From contig OY970303.1 in assembly GCA_963716255.1 (NCBI GenBank), forward strand, positions 4,768,001 through 4,832,000: a stretch of DNA of 64,000 bases, given 5' to 3'. Position 1 is the first letter of the stretch. Every line of letters starts with the position of its first letter. This document shows, in pieces, positions 9,201 to 18,471 of the stretch. The position numbers and the translations under genes are program-made. Source of the stretch: an uncultured Gemmatimonadales bacterium. GTDB taxonomy: Bacteria > Gemmatimonadota > Gemmatimonadetes > Longimicrobiales > Longimicrobiaceae. A model generated the notes under the pieces. That model was not told where the DNA came from. It saw only the letters and a list, made by a program, of their open reading frames with translations, and did no database searches.

Positions 9201-12200
9201 GCACTCGGCGTAGACCGTGAGGAGCAGCGCCGACGGGGTCACGCCCGCGTCGGCGGCGGTGGCGCAGAGCCGCCGCCAGTCCTCCGGGTCGACGACGGCG
9301 TCGCGGTGGGAGAACCGGAGCGAGTCCGCGCGCCCCGGGTCCCGCGCGGCGGGGAAGTCGGGGCCGCCCGGGAGCGTGGCCAGCCTGGGACGCCAGTACG
9401 CCATGGCCCGCTCGTACTCGTCGGTGCCCTGCCTCGCCCGCTGGTGCAGCACGTAGTCGCGGAAGCTGAGCGCGATGGGGGCATACCCCTCGCCGCGCCC
9501 CTCGTAGCGGTCCAGGAGCTCGATCAGGAAGAGACGGGTGCTCTGGGCGTCGGCCATGAGCCGGTCCACGCTCACGTGCAGCACCGACGCCTCGTCCGAG
9601 AGCCGGGTGACGCGCATCTCGAACAGCGGCCACCGGTTGGCCGGGAGCACCTGGTGCGACATGCGCGCGCGCCGCGCGTGGCGGAGCACCCCGGGTGCCG
9701 CCGCCGGCTCCGCCGCTTCCTCCAGCCGGTACCAGGGGACCTCGGGAAGGATGTGCTGCAGGCCGTCGCTCGTGATGACGGCGCGCAGCATGTCGTGGCG
9801 CCGGATCACCTCGTTCCAGGCGTTCTCGAGCCGGTCCACGTCCATGGCCGGGAGCTCGAACTCCACGTACAGGTGGCAGGATACGCTGCCCGGACCGAAC
9901 AGTCCGCTGCGGCCCACCCAGTAGGCCTGCTGCACGTCGGTCAGCGGGAACGGCTCGTGCCGGCGGGCCGGGTCCGGCGCCAGGCGCGGGCGGTCGTCCC
10001 GCGAGGCCGGCGACCGCCCCCCGTCCCCCAGGCGGGCGTCCACGACGGCGCTCAGCCGGGCGATGGTGCGGTTCTCCAGCAGGTCCCGGAGCGTCACGGG
10101 GACCGCGAACTCCTCCCGCATCCTCGCGACCAGCTGCGTGGCGAGCAGCGAATGCCCGCCGAGCTCGAAGAAGTCGGCGTCGGCGTCCGGCTGCGCGATG
10201 TCCAGGACCCGCGCCCAGATCGCGCCCATGCGCGCCGAGGTGCCCACGGGGGCGGCCGCGGACTCCGGAATCGCCTCGGGGCTCGCCAGGAGGGTGGCCA
10301 GGGCGGCGCGGTCGAGCTTGTCGTTGTGGGTGAGCGGCATGCGCTCCAGGAAGACCCACCTCGCGGGCACCATGTATTCCGGCAGAGATTCGCCGAGCCG
10401 CGCGCGGAACCACCGGGGCGGGTGCTCGCGGTCCGCGACCACGAACGCCACGAGCCGGGCGCCGGGGCTTCCCGCGCCGCGCAGCAGCACCGCCGCGTCG
10501 CGGACGCCGTCCAGGCGGCGGATGGCGTGCTCGACCTCGCCCAGCTCGATCCGGTGGCCGCGCAGCTTCACCTGGTGGTCGGTCCGCCCGAGGAAGCGGA
10601 GGCGTCCCTCGCCGTCGACGCGCGCCAGGTCGCCGGAGCGGTACATCCGGCCGCCGCCCCGGGCGCCGAACGGGTCGGGCCGGAACCGCTGCGCGGTCAG
10701 ATCGGGCGCGCCGACGTAGCCGGACGCTACGCCGGCGCCCCCGATCCACAGCTCTCCCGCGGCCCCCCGGGGAAGCCGCCGGCACGCCTCGTCCAAGACG
10801 TAGAACGAGGTGTTGAGGAGCGGCCGGCCCAGCGACACCGCGCCGGTGGAAGCGTCGGCGAGCTCGCCCGACGAGTACACCGTGGTTTCCGTCGGGCCGT
10901 AGCACGTGTAGACCGCCGCCCCCGACCGCGCGGCCACCCTCGAAAGCAGCTCGAAGGGCAGGGCTTCGCCGCCCGTGATCACCAGCTCCAGGCGGGCGAG
11001 CGCGTCCTCGCCGTGGAGGTCGTCGGCGAGCATCTGCAGGAACGACGGCGTGCACTGGAGGTGCGTGGCGCCGGCCGCCAGGACGACGCCGGCCGCGGAG
11101 CGCGTCCCCGGGGCGCCGTGGATGACGATCCTCTGCCCGTTCACCAGCGGCCAGAACAGGTCGAACACGGACATGTCGAACGCGACGCTGGTCGTGGCCA
11201 GCCAGGTCCCCGCCGGCACCGGGCCCCCGCCGCCCAGCAGCGCGTCCATGCCGGCTAGGAAGTTGGCGACGTTCTCCCGCGTGACGGCGACCCCCTTGGG
11301 GCGGCCGGTGGACCCGGACGTGAAGATCACGTAGGCGGTGAGCGCGCCGTCCGTCACCGGCGCAAGGGGCTCGGACGGCGCCGCGGGCGGAACGGCGGAA
11401 AGGTCGATGCGAGCCGCTCCCGGCGCGATGTCGGGCGCGTCGCCGCCGTGCAGCAGCAGCGCGATCCCGGCACCCGCGGCGATGGCCTGGGCGCGGGGAA
11501 GGGGGGACGCGGGGTCGAGGGGGACGTAGGTGGCCCCCACCCACAGGCAGGCGAGCAGCGAGGCGACCATGTCGGTCCCCCGCTGCAGCCAGATGCCGAC
11601 GTGCGACCCGGGCGCCGCGCCCGCGCCGGCCAGCGCGGCCGCGATCGCCCGCGCGCGCGCGTCGAGCTCCCCGAACGACAGGAACGCCACGCCGTCCTCG
11701 GAAAGCGCCGGCGCGTGCGGGTCCTGCCGGACCCGGTCCGCGAACCGGTCCGCCACGTCCCGGAGACGCGCGGGGTCGCACCGGGGACCAACCGCGATCC
11801 CGTCGCTCTCGTCCAGCGCCGCCTCGTACAGCTCCGCGAGCGGGCGGTCCGGGCCGTCGAGGGCGGCGCGGACGAACCCTTCCAGGAACCGCGCCATGGA
11901 GGCGACGGTCGCGCGGTCGAACAGGTCCGTGCTGTACTCGACGACGCCGTCGATCCGCGCGCCGATCTCGGCGAGGTCGATGTCCAAGTCGAAGCGCGAC
12001 GACGCGCTCTCCAGGGGGATTACCTCGGCGGCGGCGCCGCCGAGCTGCAGGGGCGCGCCGGCCATGGACTGCATCCCCACCATCACCTGGATGAGCGGGA
12101 CGTCGCCGACGCCGCGCCGCGGCGCGAGCGCCTCCACCAGCCGCTCGAACGGGAGGCCGGCGTGCGCGAGGGCGTCGAGCACGGTCGCGCGCACCGCTGC

Positions 12201-13310
12201 GACCAGGTCGAGGAAGCTGCCGCCGGGCGGCACCGTGGTGCGCAGCACCACGGTCTCGACGAACATGCCCACCACGCTCTCGAACTCCGGCCCCTGGCGG
12301 TCGGACAGCGCGGATCCCACCACGATGTCGTCCTGCCCCGAGAACCGCGACAGGGTCGCCTTGACCGCGGCGAGCAGCACCATGAACACCGTCGCGCCGT
12401 CGGCGCGGGCGAGGCGCCCAATCCCCTCGCTCTCGCGCTCGCCGAACGCGAAGCGCACCCGGCCCCCGGCATACGAGCGCACAGCCGGCCGCACCCTGTC
12501 GGCCGGCAGCTCCAGCGTCGGCGGGGCGGACCGGAGCCGCTCCTCCCAGTGCGCCAGGAGGCGCTCGACCCCGGGATCGCCGGCCCGCGCCCGCTGCGCG
12601 CGCGCGAAGTCGCCGAAGTCGGCGGTCAGCGGAGGGAGCGCCGGCGGGCGGGCGTGAACGCTCGCGTCGTACAGCTCGCCCAGCTCCTCGAGGATGATCC
12701 GCCGCGACTGCGCGTCCGAGATGATGTGGTGGTTGACGATCACGAGCATCGCCCCGGCGTCGCCGAACTGCACGAGCGTCGCGCGGAGCAGCGGCGGCGC
12801 ATCGAGCGCGAAGGGACGCCGGCCCTGGGCCTCCGCCAGCCGGACGGCCTGGTCATGGGCCGCCCCGGCCGGCAGCGCCCGCAGGTCCACCTCCGACAGG
12901 CGCCAGCCGGCGGCCAGGACGGTGAAGGGCACCGGCGCGCCGTCGCGCTCCACGAAGCCGGTGCGGAAGCCGGGATGCCGCTCGATCAGCCGCCGGAACG
13001 CGGCTTCCAGGTGCGCGGTGTCCAGCGTTCCCCTGAGGCGCAGGGCGAAGTACTCGTTGAACGCGCTGGTGCCCGGCGTGAGCTGCTCCAGGTACCACAT
13101 GCGCCGCTGGGCCAGGGACGCCACGGATTTCCCCGCCACGGCGCGCCCGGCGCCCGGGGCGTCCTGCGGCTGCGGATCGGCCTGCAGGCGGCGCGCGAGC
13201 CTGGCGCGCGCCGCGTCCGAAAGCTTCCCGCGGCGCTCCTCCAGGTCGCGGCGCAGCCGGTCGCGCTGGCTCGCGCCGTCCCCGCCGTGCACGTCGTCGG
13301 CACCGGTCAT
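6282..13310 (-). CDS. NRPS: C-A-T-Cy-Ox-T plus C-terminal acyl-ACP-reductase/amino-acid-dehydrogenase-like domain
   Basis: Start MTGADD at 13310 overlaps the PKS stop. C: HHIISDA. A: YVIFTSGSTGRPKG, YGPTE, YRSGD. T: FFELGGHSL. Cy: PFPLTDVQQAYWVGR, DRLMAD, TQTPQVWLD. SagB-type oxidase: WPSAGALYPVQ. T: FDFGADSM. Terminal domain: SLTGLL, TTGHATT, AVVGVGSIG, IIVDDSYP. Confidence 0.9.
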   Translation of the reverse strand: MTGADDVHGGDGASQRDRLRRDLEERRGKLSDAARARLARRLQADPQPQDAPGAGRAVAGKSVASLAQRRMWYLEQLTPGTSAFNEYFALRLRGTLDTAHLEAAFRRLIERHPGFRTGFVERDGAPVPFTVLAAGWRLSEVDLRALPAGAAHDQAVRLAEAQGRRPFALDAPPLLRATLVQFGDAGAMLVIVNHHIISDAQSRRIILEELGELYDASVHARPPALPPLTADFGDFARAQRARAGDPGVERLLAHWEERLRSAPPTLELPADRVRPAVRSYAGGRVRFAFGERESEGIGRLARADGATVFMVLLAAVKATLSRFSGQDDIVVGSALSDRQGPEFESVVGMFVETVVLRTTVPPGGSFLDLVAAVRATVLDALAHAGLPFERLVEALAPRRGVGDVPLIQVMVGMQSMAGAPLQLGGAAAEVIPLESASSRFDLDIDLAEIGARIDGVVEYSTDLFDRATVASMARFLEGFVRAALDGPDRPLAELYEAALDESDGIAVGPRCDPARLRDVADRFADRVRQDPHAPALSEDGVAFLSFGELDARARAIAAALAGAGAAPGSHVGIWLQRGTDMVASLLACLWVGATYVPLDPASPLPRAQAIAAGAGIALLLHGGDAPDIAPGAARIDLSAVPPAAPSEPLAPVTDGALTAYVIFTSGSTGRPKGVAVTRENVANFLAGMDALLGGGGPVPAGTWLATTSVAFDMSVFDLFWPLVNGQRIVIHGAPGTRSAAGVVLAAGATHLQCTPSFLQMLADDLHGEDALARLELVITGGEALPFELLSRVAARSGAAVYTCYGPTETTVYSSGELADASTGAVSLGRPLLNTSFYVLDEACRRLPRGAAGELWIGGAGVASGYVGAPDLTAQRFRPDPFGARGGGRMYRSGDLARVDGEGRLRFLGRTDHQVKLRGHRIELGEVEHAIRRLDGVRDAAVLLRGAGSPGARLVAFVVADREHPPRWFRARLGESLPEYMVPARWVFLERMPLTHNDKLDRAALATLLASPEAIPESAAAPVGTSARMGAIWARVLDIAQPDADADFFELGGHSLLATQLVARMREEFAVPVTLRDLLENRTIARLSAVVDARLGDGGRSPASRDDRPRLAPDPARRHEPFPLTDVQQAYWVGRSGLFGPGSVSCHLYVEFELPAMDVDRLENAWNEVIRRHDMLRAVITSDGLQHILPEVPWYRLEEAAEPAAAPGVLRHARRARMSHQVLPANRWPLFEMRVTRLSDEASVLHVSVDRLMADAQSTRLFLIELLDRYEGRGEGYAPIALSFRDYVLHQRARQGTDEYERAMAYWRPRLATLPGGPDFPAARDPGRADSLRFSHRDAVVDPEDWRRLCATAADAGVTPSALLLTVYAECLARFARSPRFCISLTQFDRQPLHPEVAAMVGDFTSIVPLEIEDARGGTFRERALRIQSRMWDDLDHGLVGAIRIRREIQKLTGAQPPAVPVVFTSELGLDRERRTLADGATPDSYMITQTPQVWLDHMVREDGGRLVLTWDGVEALLPPGMLDELAALYQGRLRALIESPDAWLAAAFPAAADEPLPAHAVPETARAADAGLPVAAERLKLRLERRALRRDLDARPRIALAMPGLAAQPGAKPARASARAFGGRPLAFTDLANVLSALGQTGDDELGKFRWPSAGALYPVQSYVWIRDGAVDGMSGGTYFVDPARSALVPVTLGCHLVPDLYGAPNRSLAERCAFTVFLVSCPEAMAPVYGELTGRFELLEAGAMMQVLVERAAQAQVAACPIGDVYFPALAPLLGVAPDKKLLVALMFGSPLAPVPGEVAAAGAPPAARNGNAGSPPAPLPSGAATAGERAPGAAPPAEAAAIQDLVQRIWRELLDVERVDPDANVFDFGADSMHLVRARRRIHEETGCELDVSEFFLAPTARGLAASIASRRGGGGGTVPAAGPAPPGGCASPGETLRIEDGRPLLELHAEGSLPGVDAVALSYLPDRLLDATGLPAGEIVRQWSGGAPLFSSYHATHLGSIGVVTLPCFASRLYDDPAGLLDHMEAAMRLAASLGATTVSLTGLLASATDYGCALRDRVEGRGLPALTTGHATTAASVVMTLGRALEECGRRLPEETLAVVGVGSIGVAGTELLLATCGNPPGRIVLADIPQREAAVRAFAERLEQSCGMRGRVSVALSNPLLSDEVYGASLILGATNFPSVIDVERLRPGTIIVDDSYPHSFDVQAAFRRFDRAHDVLFAVAGLVQSPLPIREIRHVPRLVQERVDAATRAELLAPHEDILPSCTLSGVLSGAELGMPRTIGRVRVEPSLEHYRGLAALGFRSPSLRCGGRTFEEWEIQQFAGRFHGERHQPPRDAST

Positions 13311-16300
13311 GGCTCCGCCTCCACCTCGTTGAGGATCAGCGCTTCGATCTCGAGCGCGATGTCGGCAATGCACCCCTGCGCGAACATCTGTGTGATCGGG
13401 ATCGCCACCTCGAACTCGCGGCGCAGGCGCGCCACGATCTGCGCCGCCAGCAGCGAATGGCCGCCGAGCACGATGAAGTTGTCGTGCACCCCGATCGGCG
13501 CGATGCCGAGGTATTCCTCCCAGATCGCCACGAGGCGGCGCTGGACGTCGTCCCGGGGCTCCTCGTACGGGGTCGGCATCTCGGGCCGCGGGTGGCGGGC
13601 GGCGCTCCCGGCGGGCTCCGCCTCCGCCTCCGGCATCGTGTCCTGGACCTGCCCGGGCCGGCGGGGGATCACCGCGACGTGTCCGGCCGGCCCGTCGAGG
13701 AGGGCAGACATCGCGTCCAGGCCGGCCCCGGTCGGGATCCCGCGCGCCAGGGCTGCCTGCCGGAGCGCGGCCGCGGACGGCGGCACCTGCGCCGACGCCG
13801 CCATGCCGACGTCGCGCCAGGTCTGCCAGCTCACCGAGAGCACCCGCCTCCCCCGGGCCCGCTCGGCGAGCGCCGCCGCGTCCATGAACGCGTTGGCCGC
13901 GGCGTAGTCGGCCTGTCCGTACGCGCCCATCAGGGAGGCGGCCGAGGAGCACAGCATCACCGTGACGTCCGGGTCGGCGTCCAGCGCGCGGAGGAGGTTG
14001 CGCGTGCCGGCCACCTTCGGCGCCAGCACCGCCCGCATCGCTTCCGGGTCGCGGCGGATCACCGAGCCTCCGCCCGCGAGGCCGGCGGCGTGCACGACCA
14101 CGTCGATCCCGCCCCACGCGGAGCGGACGGCGTCCAGGGCCCCGGCGAGAGCGGCCGCGTCGGTGACGTCGGCCCGGAAGAGCTGGATCCGCTCCGCCGC
14201 CTCGGGCGGCAGGGACGACCATTCGGGCCGCTGCTCCATGCCCTCCCGCGAGGCGCCCCGGGAGACGAGCGCTACGCGGTGCCCCTCCCGCGCGAAGCGG
14301 GCGGCGGCGGCCATCCCGATGCCGCCCAGCCCGCCCGTGATCACGAACCTGCGGGAGCCTGGGCTCCCCGGGCGCTGGATCGCCGCGTCGTCGCGCAGCA
14401 CCCGCCGCCAGCGGTGGCGGCCCCGCAGCGCCACGACCGGCTCCGCGGCGGACTGCATCTCCGCGAGGATCCGCAGCGCCAGGGCATGGTCGTCGCCGGC
14501 GAGGCTCGCCGGCAGGTCGACGAGGACCGCCACGACGTTGTCGAGCTCCCGGGGGACGGTCAGCGCCACGCCGACGGCCACGGCGCGCCCGGGGTGCAGC
14601 TCCTCGGAGCCGGTCACGTCGAACACGCCCGCGGTCACGATCCCCAGGACCACCCGGTGCAGGAGACCCTCGGCGACCATGGCCCGGACCAGGAACACGA
14701 GGTCGAAGAACGACGCTTCGGGGTCCACGCCCCCGCCGGCGGGCGGGCAGGCGCCCCAGCAGTGCACGATCCGCGACGGCGTGCGAACCAGCCCGCGCAT
14801 CGCGCGCAGGAGCTCGGCGTACTGCTCCGGCACCCCCGGGTCGATCTCGTAGACCCCCCGTTCGGCGCGGCGGAAGCCGCTGCCCGGGCGGACGACCGTC
14901 ACCACCTGCCCGCGGGTGGCCAGCGACTCGACGACGCCCCGCGCCGAGCCGGCCGTGTCGTCGAACACCAGCCAGTTCAGGCGCTCGCCGCGGAGGAGGC
15001 CCGGATCGACGTCCCCCGGCGCCTGCTCCCAGGACACCCGGGACACCCCGATCTCGGGATCCGCGCCGTCGCGATCCGCGCTCTGGCGGGAGGGAGGCAC
15101 GGCTCCGCGGTCCGCGGCGCGGGCCGGGGCCACCCAGTGCCTCGTGCGCTCGAACGGATACGGCGGGAGCGAGGTCATGCGCCCGTCCCGCCCGTCCGGA
15201 CCCGCGCCCCACGCGACCGGCACCCCGATCGTCCACGCGGCGGCGACCGCTTCCTCGAACGCCTGGGCCGATTCGGTGGACACCATGTCCGGCGGCTCGG
15301 CGCCGGCCGGCCTGCCCGCGCGGCCGGAGTTCACGATGCGGCGCAGCGCCTTCCCGGGCCCCACCTCGACGATTAGCGCCGCCGGCGAGGCCGCCCGCTC
15401 CAGGGCGGCGTGGAACCGGACGGGCTCGCGCAGGTGGCGCACCCAGTACTCGGCGCTCGTGGCCTCCTCGGGGGTGAGCCACGCGCCGGTGACGCTGGAG
15501 GCGATCGGGAGCGTCGGCGGGTGGAACGCCACCTCCCGGAGCGCCGCCGCGAAGGGCGCCGTGATCGCGTCGGTCGCGCGCGAGTGGAAGGCCCGCTCCA
15601 CGGGCAGCGGCACGCTGGCGATCCGCTCGTCCGAGAGCCGGGACCGGAACCGCTCGACGGCGTCGCGCGGACCGGACACCACGCAGAGGCCCGGCCCGTT
15701 GACCCCGGCCAGGTCGAGGTCGGCGGGCAGCACGCCGAGCAGCTCGTCCTCGCGGAGGACGACGGTCAGCATGGCGCCGGCCGGCAGGCCGCCCATGAGG
15801 CGGCCGCGGGCGGCGACCAGCCGGAGCGCGTCCTCGAACGTCCACACCCCGGCGACGCACGCCGCGGCATACTCCCCCAGGCTGTGGCCGAGCAGGCGGG
15901 CGGGACGCACCCCGCGCGCGGCCAGGGACCGCGTCATCGCGACCTCGTACGCGAACAGGACGGGCTGGAGCACCGCGGTGTCCGCGCTCTCCACCTCTCC
16001 GCCACCCGCGACGAAGTCGAGAAGGTCGAAGGGAACGTGCGGGGCCAGCACCGCCGCCGCCTCGGCGATGACGGCCCGGAAGACCGGGTCATACCGGTAG
16101 CGGCTGCCCGCGGCGATGTCGGGCGCGCCCCCCTGGCCGGAAAAGGCGAAGACCACCTCGGCGTCGGCGCGCTGCCGGCGGGTCCGTACGCGCTGCGTGC
16201 GCCGCTCCAGCTGGCCCGCCAACTCCAGGGCGTCGGTGCCGCACACCGCCCGGCGGTGGGCGAACGCCTGGCGGCCGTCCTGAAGGGTCCGGGCGACGTC

Positions 16301-17725
16301 CGCCAGCTCCACCTCGCCCTCGCGCAGGACGGCGGCCAGCCGATCGGTCATCCCCTCCAGCGCGCCGGCCGTCTTCGCGGACAGCGCGAGCGTCCGCACC
16401 GGGGTGCCGGAGCGGGCCGCCCGGGAGTGCCGCGGCGGCTCCTCGACGACCACGTGCACGTTGGTGCCCCCGACCCCGAGGGCGCTCACGGCGGCCCGCC
16501 GGGGGGCGCCGCCCGCCTTCCACGGCAGGGTCTCGGTCGGGACGACCACCGATCCGTCCGTCGGGAGCGAGGGGTTCGGCACGCCGAACCGGGGGTGGGG
16601 CGGAATCGCCTCGTGCTCCAGCGACAGCACCGCGGAGATCAGTCCCGCGACCCCCGCTGCGACGTCTAGGTGGCCGATGTTGGCCTTGGCCGCGCCGAGC
16701 ACGAGCGGCTCGCCGGACGACCGCGCCCCGCCGTACACCCGGCGGATCGATTCGGCCTCCACTCGGTCGCCGATCTCCGTCCCGGTGCCGTGCGTCTGCA
16801 GGTACCGCACGGAGGCCGGGGGGACGTCGGCGACCGCCAGCGCCTCTTCCATCACCGCGACCTGGCCCGTCACGCTGGGCGCGGTGAAGCCGACCTTGTC
16901 GTCGCCGTCGTTGTTCACCGCAGAGCCCAGCAGCACGGCGCGGATCCGGTCGCCCTCGGCGAGCGCGTCGCTCATCCGCTTGAGCACCACCAGCCCCACG
17001 CCGTTGCCGAACACCGTGCCGGTCGCGGCCGCGTCGAACGGGCGGCATTCGCCGTCGGCGGACTCGATGCCGCCGTCGCGGTGCAGGTAGCCGGACACCT
17101 GCGGAACGCGGATGGAGACTCCGCCGGCCAGGGCGACGTCGCACTCGCCGTTCATCAGGCTCTGCGCGGCGACGTGGACGGCGACGAGGGACGTCGAGCA
17201 GGCCGTCTGCACGGTGAGCGCGGGCCCCCGGAGGTTCAGCTTGTAGGCCAGCCGCGTGGCCAGGCTGTCGCAGACGTTGCCGTGGAAGACCGCCTCCGGC
17301 CCGAACGTGGCGATCAGCTCCGGCTGCGTGGACAGGTTGGAGAGCAGGTAGGTGCTGAGCATTCCGCCGACGAAGACCCCGGTCTGGCCGCCGCGCGCCG
17401 CGGGGTTACACCCGGCGTCCTCCAGCGCCTCCCACGCGCACTCCAGCAGCACGCGCTGCTGGGGATCGAGGATCTCCGCCTCGCGGGGGCTGTAGCCGAA
17501 GAACGCGGCGTCGAACGCCTCGGCGTCGGCCAGCACGCCCCGCGCGGCCACGTACGCGGGGTCGCGCCGCTGTGCCAGCGGAACGCCGCCGGCCTCCAGC
17601 TCGTCGTCGGAGAACCGGGCGATCCGCACCTCGCCGTCCCGCAGCGTCCGCCACAGCTCGGCGGTGCCGGCACAGCCCGGGAAGCGCCCGGCCATCCCGA
17701 CGATGCAGATGGGATCCGGGTTCAT
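13307..17725 (-). CDS. Type I PKS module KS-AT-KR-ACP (1472 aa)
   Basis: Start MNPDPICIVGMAGRFPG at 17725. KS: TACSTS, HGTGT, NIGHL. AT: GHSLG, RAFHS. KR: ITGGLGGIG, YAAAN. ACP: LGGHSL. Confidence 0.93.
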   Translation of the reverse strand: MNPDPICIVGMAGRFPGCAGTAELWRTLRDGEVRIARFSDDELEAGGVPLAQRRDPAYVAARGVLADAEAFDAAFFGYSPREAEILDPQQRVLLECAWEALEDAGCNPAARGGQTGVFVGGMLSTYLLSNLSTQPELIATFGPEAVFHGNVCDSLATRLAYKLNLRGPALTVQTACSTSLVAVHVAAQSLMNGECDVALAGGVSIRVPQVSGYLHRDGGIESADGECRPFDAAATGTVFGNGVGLVVLKRMSDALAEGDRIRAVLLGSAVNNDGDDKVGFTAPSVTGQVAVMEEALAVADVPPASVRYLQTHGTGTEIGDRVEAESIRRVYGGARSSGEPLVLGAAKANIGHLDVAAGVAGLISAVLSLEHEAIPPHPRFGVPNPSLPTDGSVVVPTETLPWKAGGAPRRAAVSALGVGGTNVHVVVEEPPRHSRAARSGTPVRTLALSAKTAGALEGMTDRLAAVLREGEVELADVARTLQDGRQAFAHRRAVCGTDALELAGQLERRTQRVRTRRQRADAEVVFAFSGQGGAPDIAAGSRYRYDPVFRAVIAEAAAVLAPHVPFDLLDFVAGGGEVESADTAVLQPVLFAYEVAMTRSLAARGVRPARLLGHSLGEYAAACVAGVWTFEDALRLVAARGRLMGGLPAGAMLTVVLREDELLGVLPADLDLAGVNGPGLCVVSGPRDAVERFRSRLSDERIASVPLPVERAFHSRATDAITAPFAAALREVAFHPPTLPIASSVTGAWLTPEEATSAEYWVRHLREPVRFHAALERAASPAALIVEVGPGKALRRIVNSGRAGRPAGAEPPDMVSTESAQAFEEAVAAAWTIGVPVAWGAGPDGRDGRMTSLPPYPFERTRHWVAPARAADRGAVPPSRQSADRDGADPEIGVSRVSWEQAPGDVDPGLLRGERLNWLVFDDTAGSARGVVESLATRGQVVTVVRPGSGFRRAERGVYEIDPGVPEQYAELLRAMRGLVRTPSRIVHCWGACPPAGGGVDPEASFFDLVFLVRAMVAEGLLHRVVLGIVTAGVFDVTGSEELHPGRAVAVGVALTVPRELDNVVAVLVDLPASLAGDDHALALRILAEMQSAAEPVVALRGRHRWRRVLRDDAAIQRPGSPGSRRFVITGGLGGIGMAAAARFAREGHRVALVSRGASREGMEQRPEWSSLPPEAAERIQLFRADVTDAAALAGALDAVRSAWGGIDVVVHAAGLAGGGSVIRRDPEAMRAVLAPKVAGTRNLLRALDADPDVTVMLCSSAASLMGAYGQADYAAANAFMDAAALAERARGRRVLSVSWQTWRDVGMAASAQVPPSAAALRQAALARGIPTGAGLDAMSALLDGPAGHVAVIPRRPGQVQDTMPEAEAEPAGSAARHPRPEMPTPYEEPRDDVQRRLVAIWEEYLGIAPIGVHDNFIVLGGHSLLAAQIVARLRREFEVAIPITQMFAQGCIADIALEIEALILNEVEAEP

Positions 17726-18471
17726 CAGAACCCGCCCATCGCCTGGGTGAACATCGGCAGCAGGATGCGCATCGCGGCGATCTCCTTGTCCGTGAGGTCG
17801 GGGTGCCACACGTCCCACAGCAGGATCGCGCGCGTGCTGTCGCCGCGGTTCCACGCCTCGTGCATGAAGCTGTCGTCGAAGACCAGGCACTCGCCTTCGC
17901 GCCAGGTCCGCGCCTCGCCGTTCACGCTGATGGCGCAGTCGGGGGGGATGATCAGCCCCAGGTGGCACGTCAGGACCAGGTTCACGCCGCCCGTGTGGGG
18001 CGTGATGTGGGTCCCCGGCCGCATGGTGGTGAACATGGCCTCGCGCGGCCCGTGCGGCGTGGCTTCGAGGGCCGCGACCGTGTTCGGGCACCGCTCCCAC
18101 GCCCGGGTGTTGACGGCCTCGTTCCGGTAGAGCGAGAACGTTTCCCAGCCGGCCCATCCCAGCTCCTTGGTGTGCGGGTCCTCGTAGGGCGAGAACTGCA
18201 CGTGGTCGTGGACGAGGGCGTCCAGCTCCGCCCGGATCGCGTCGAAGCGGTTCTCCACCTCCGGCACCCACCCGAAGCGCTCGCGCTCGAACCAGGGCCG
18301 GGCCTCGATCCCCGGGAAGAAGAGCCGCGTCGGCTCCTGGTCGTCGTGGAGGTACGACGGCGCGCGCTCGCCCACGAAGATCCTCAGGCACTCCTCGACG
18401 CGCTCGAGCCCGTCGCCGCCGAGCCTGCCTGCGAGGTCGGCGAGCACTTCATCAGGATTCACGAGTGGCAT
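17725..18471 (-). CDS. Aspartyl/asparaginyl beta-hydroxylase-family Fe(II)/2OG oxygenase
   Basis: PGTHITPHTG, LTCHLGLIIP and WREGECLVFDDSFMHEAWN...RAILLWDVWHP match the family signature. Confidence 0.88.
   Translation of the reverse strand: MPLVNPDEVLADLAGRLGGDGLERVEECLRIFVGERAPSYLHDDQEPTRLFFPGIEARPWFERERFGWVPEVENRFDAIRAELDALVHDHVQFSPYEDPHTKELGWAGWETFSLYRNEAVNTRAWERCPNTVAALEATPHGPREAMFTTMRPGTHITPHTGGVNLVLTCHLGLIIPPDCAISVNGEARTWREGECLVFDDSFMHEAWNRGDSTRAILLWDVWHPDLTDKEIAAMRILLPMFTQAMGGF

Noticed and set aside
13311..15860. N-terminal extension of the 3192-aa ORF (also the extensions of ORFs 13307-18391, 3297-5513, 29632-35478, 34932-36827 and 61198-62583)
   Set aside because: Most overlap genuine upstream genes in another frame and all lack domain motifs; more plausible internal starts were used.
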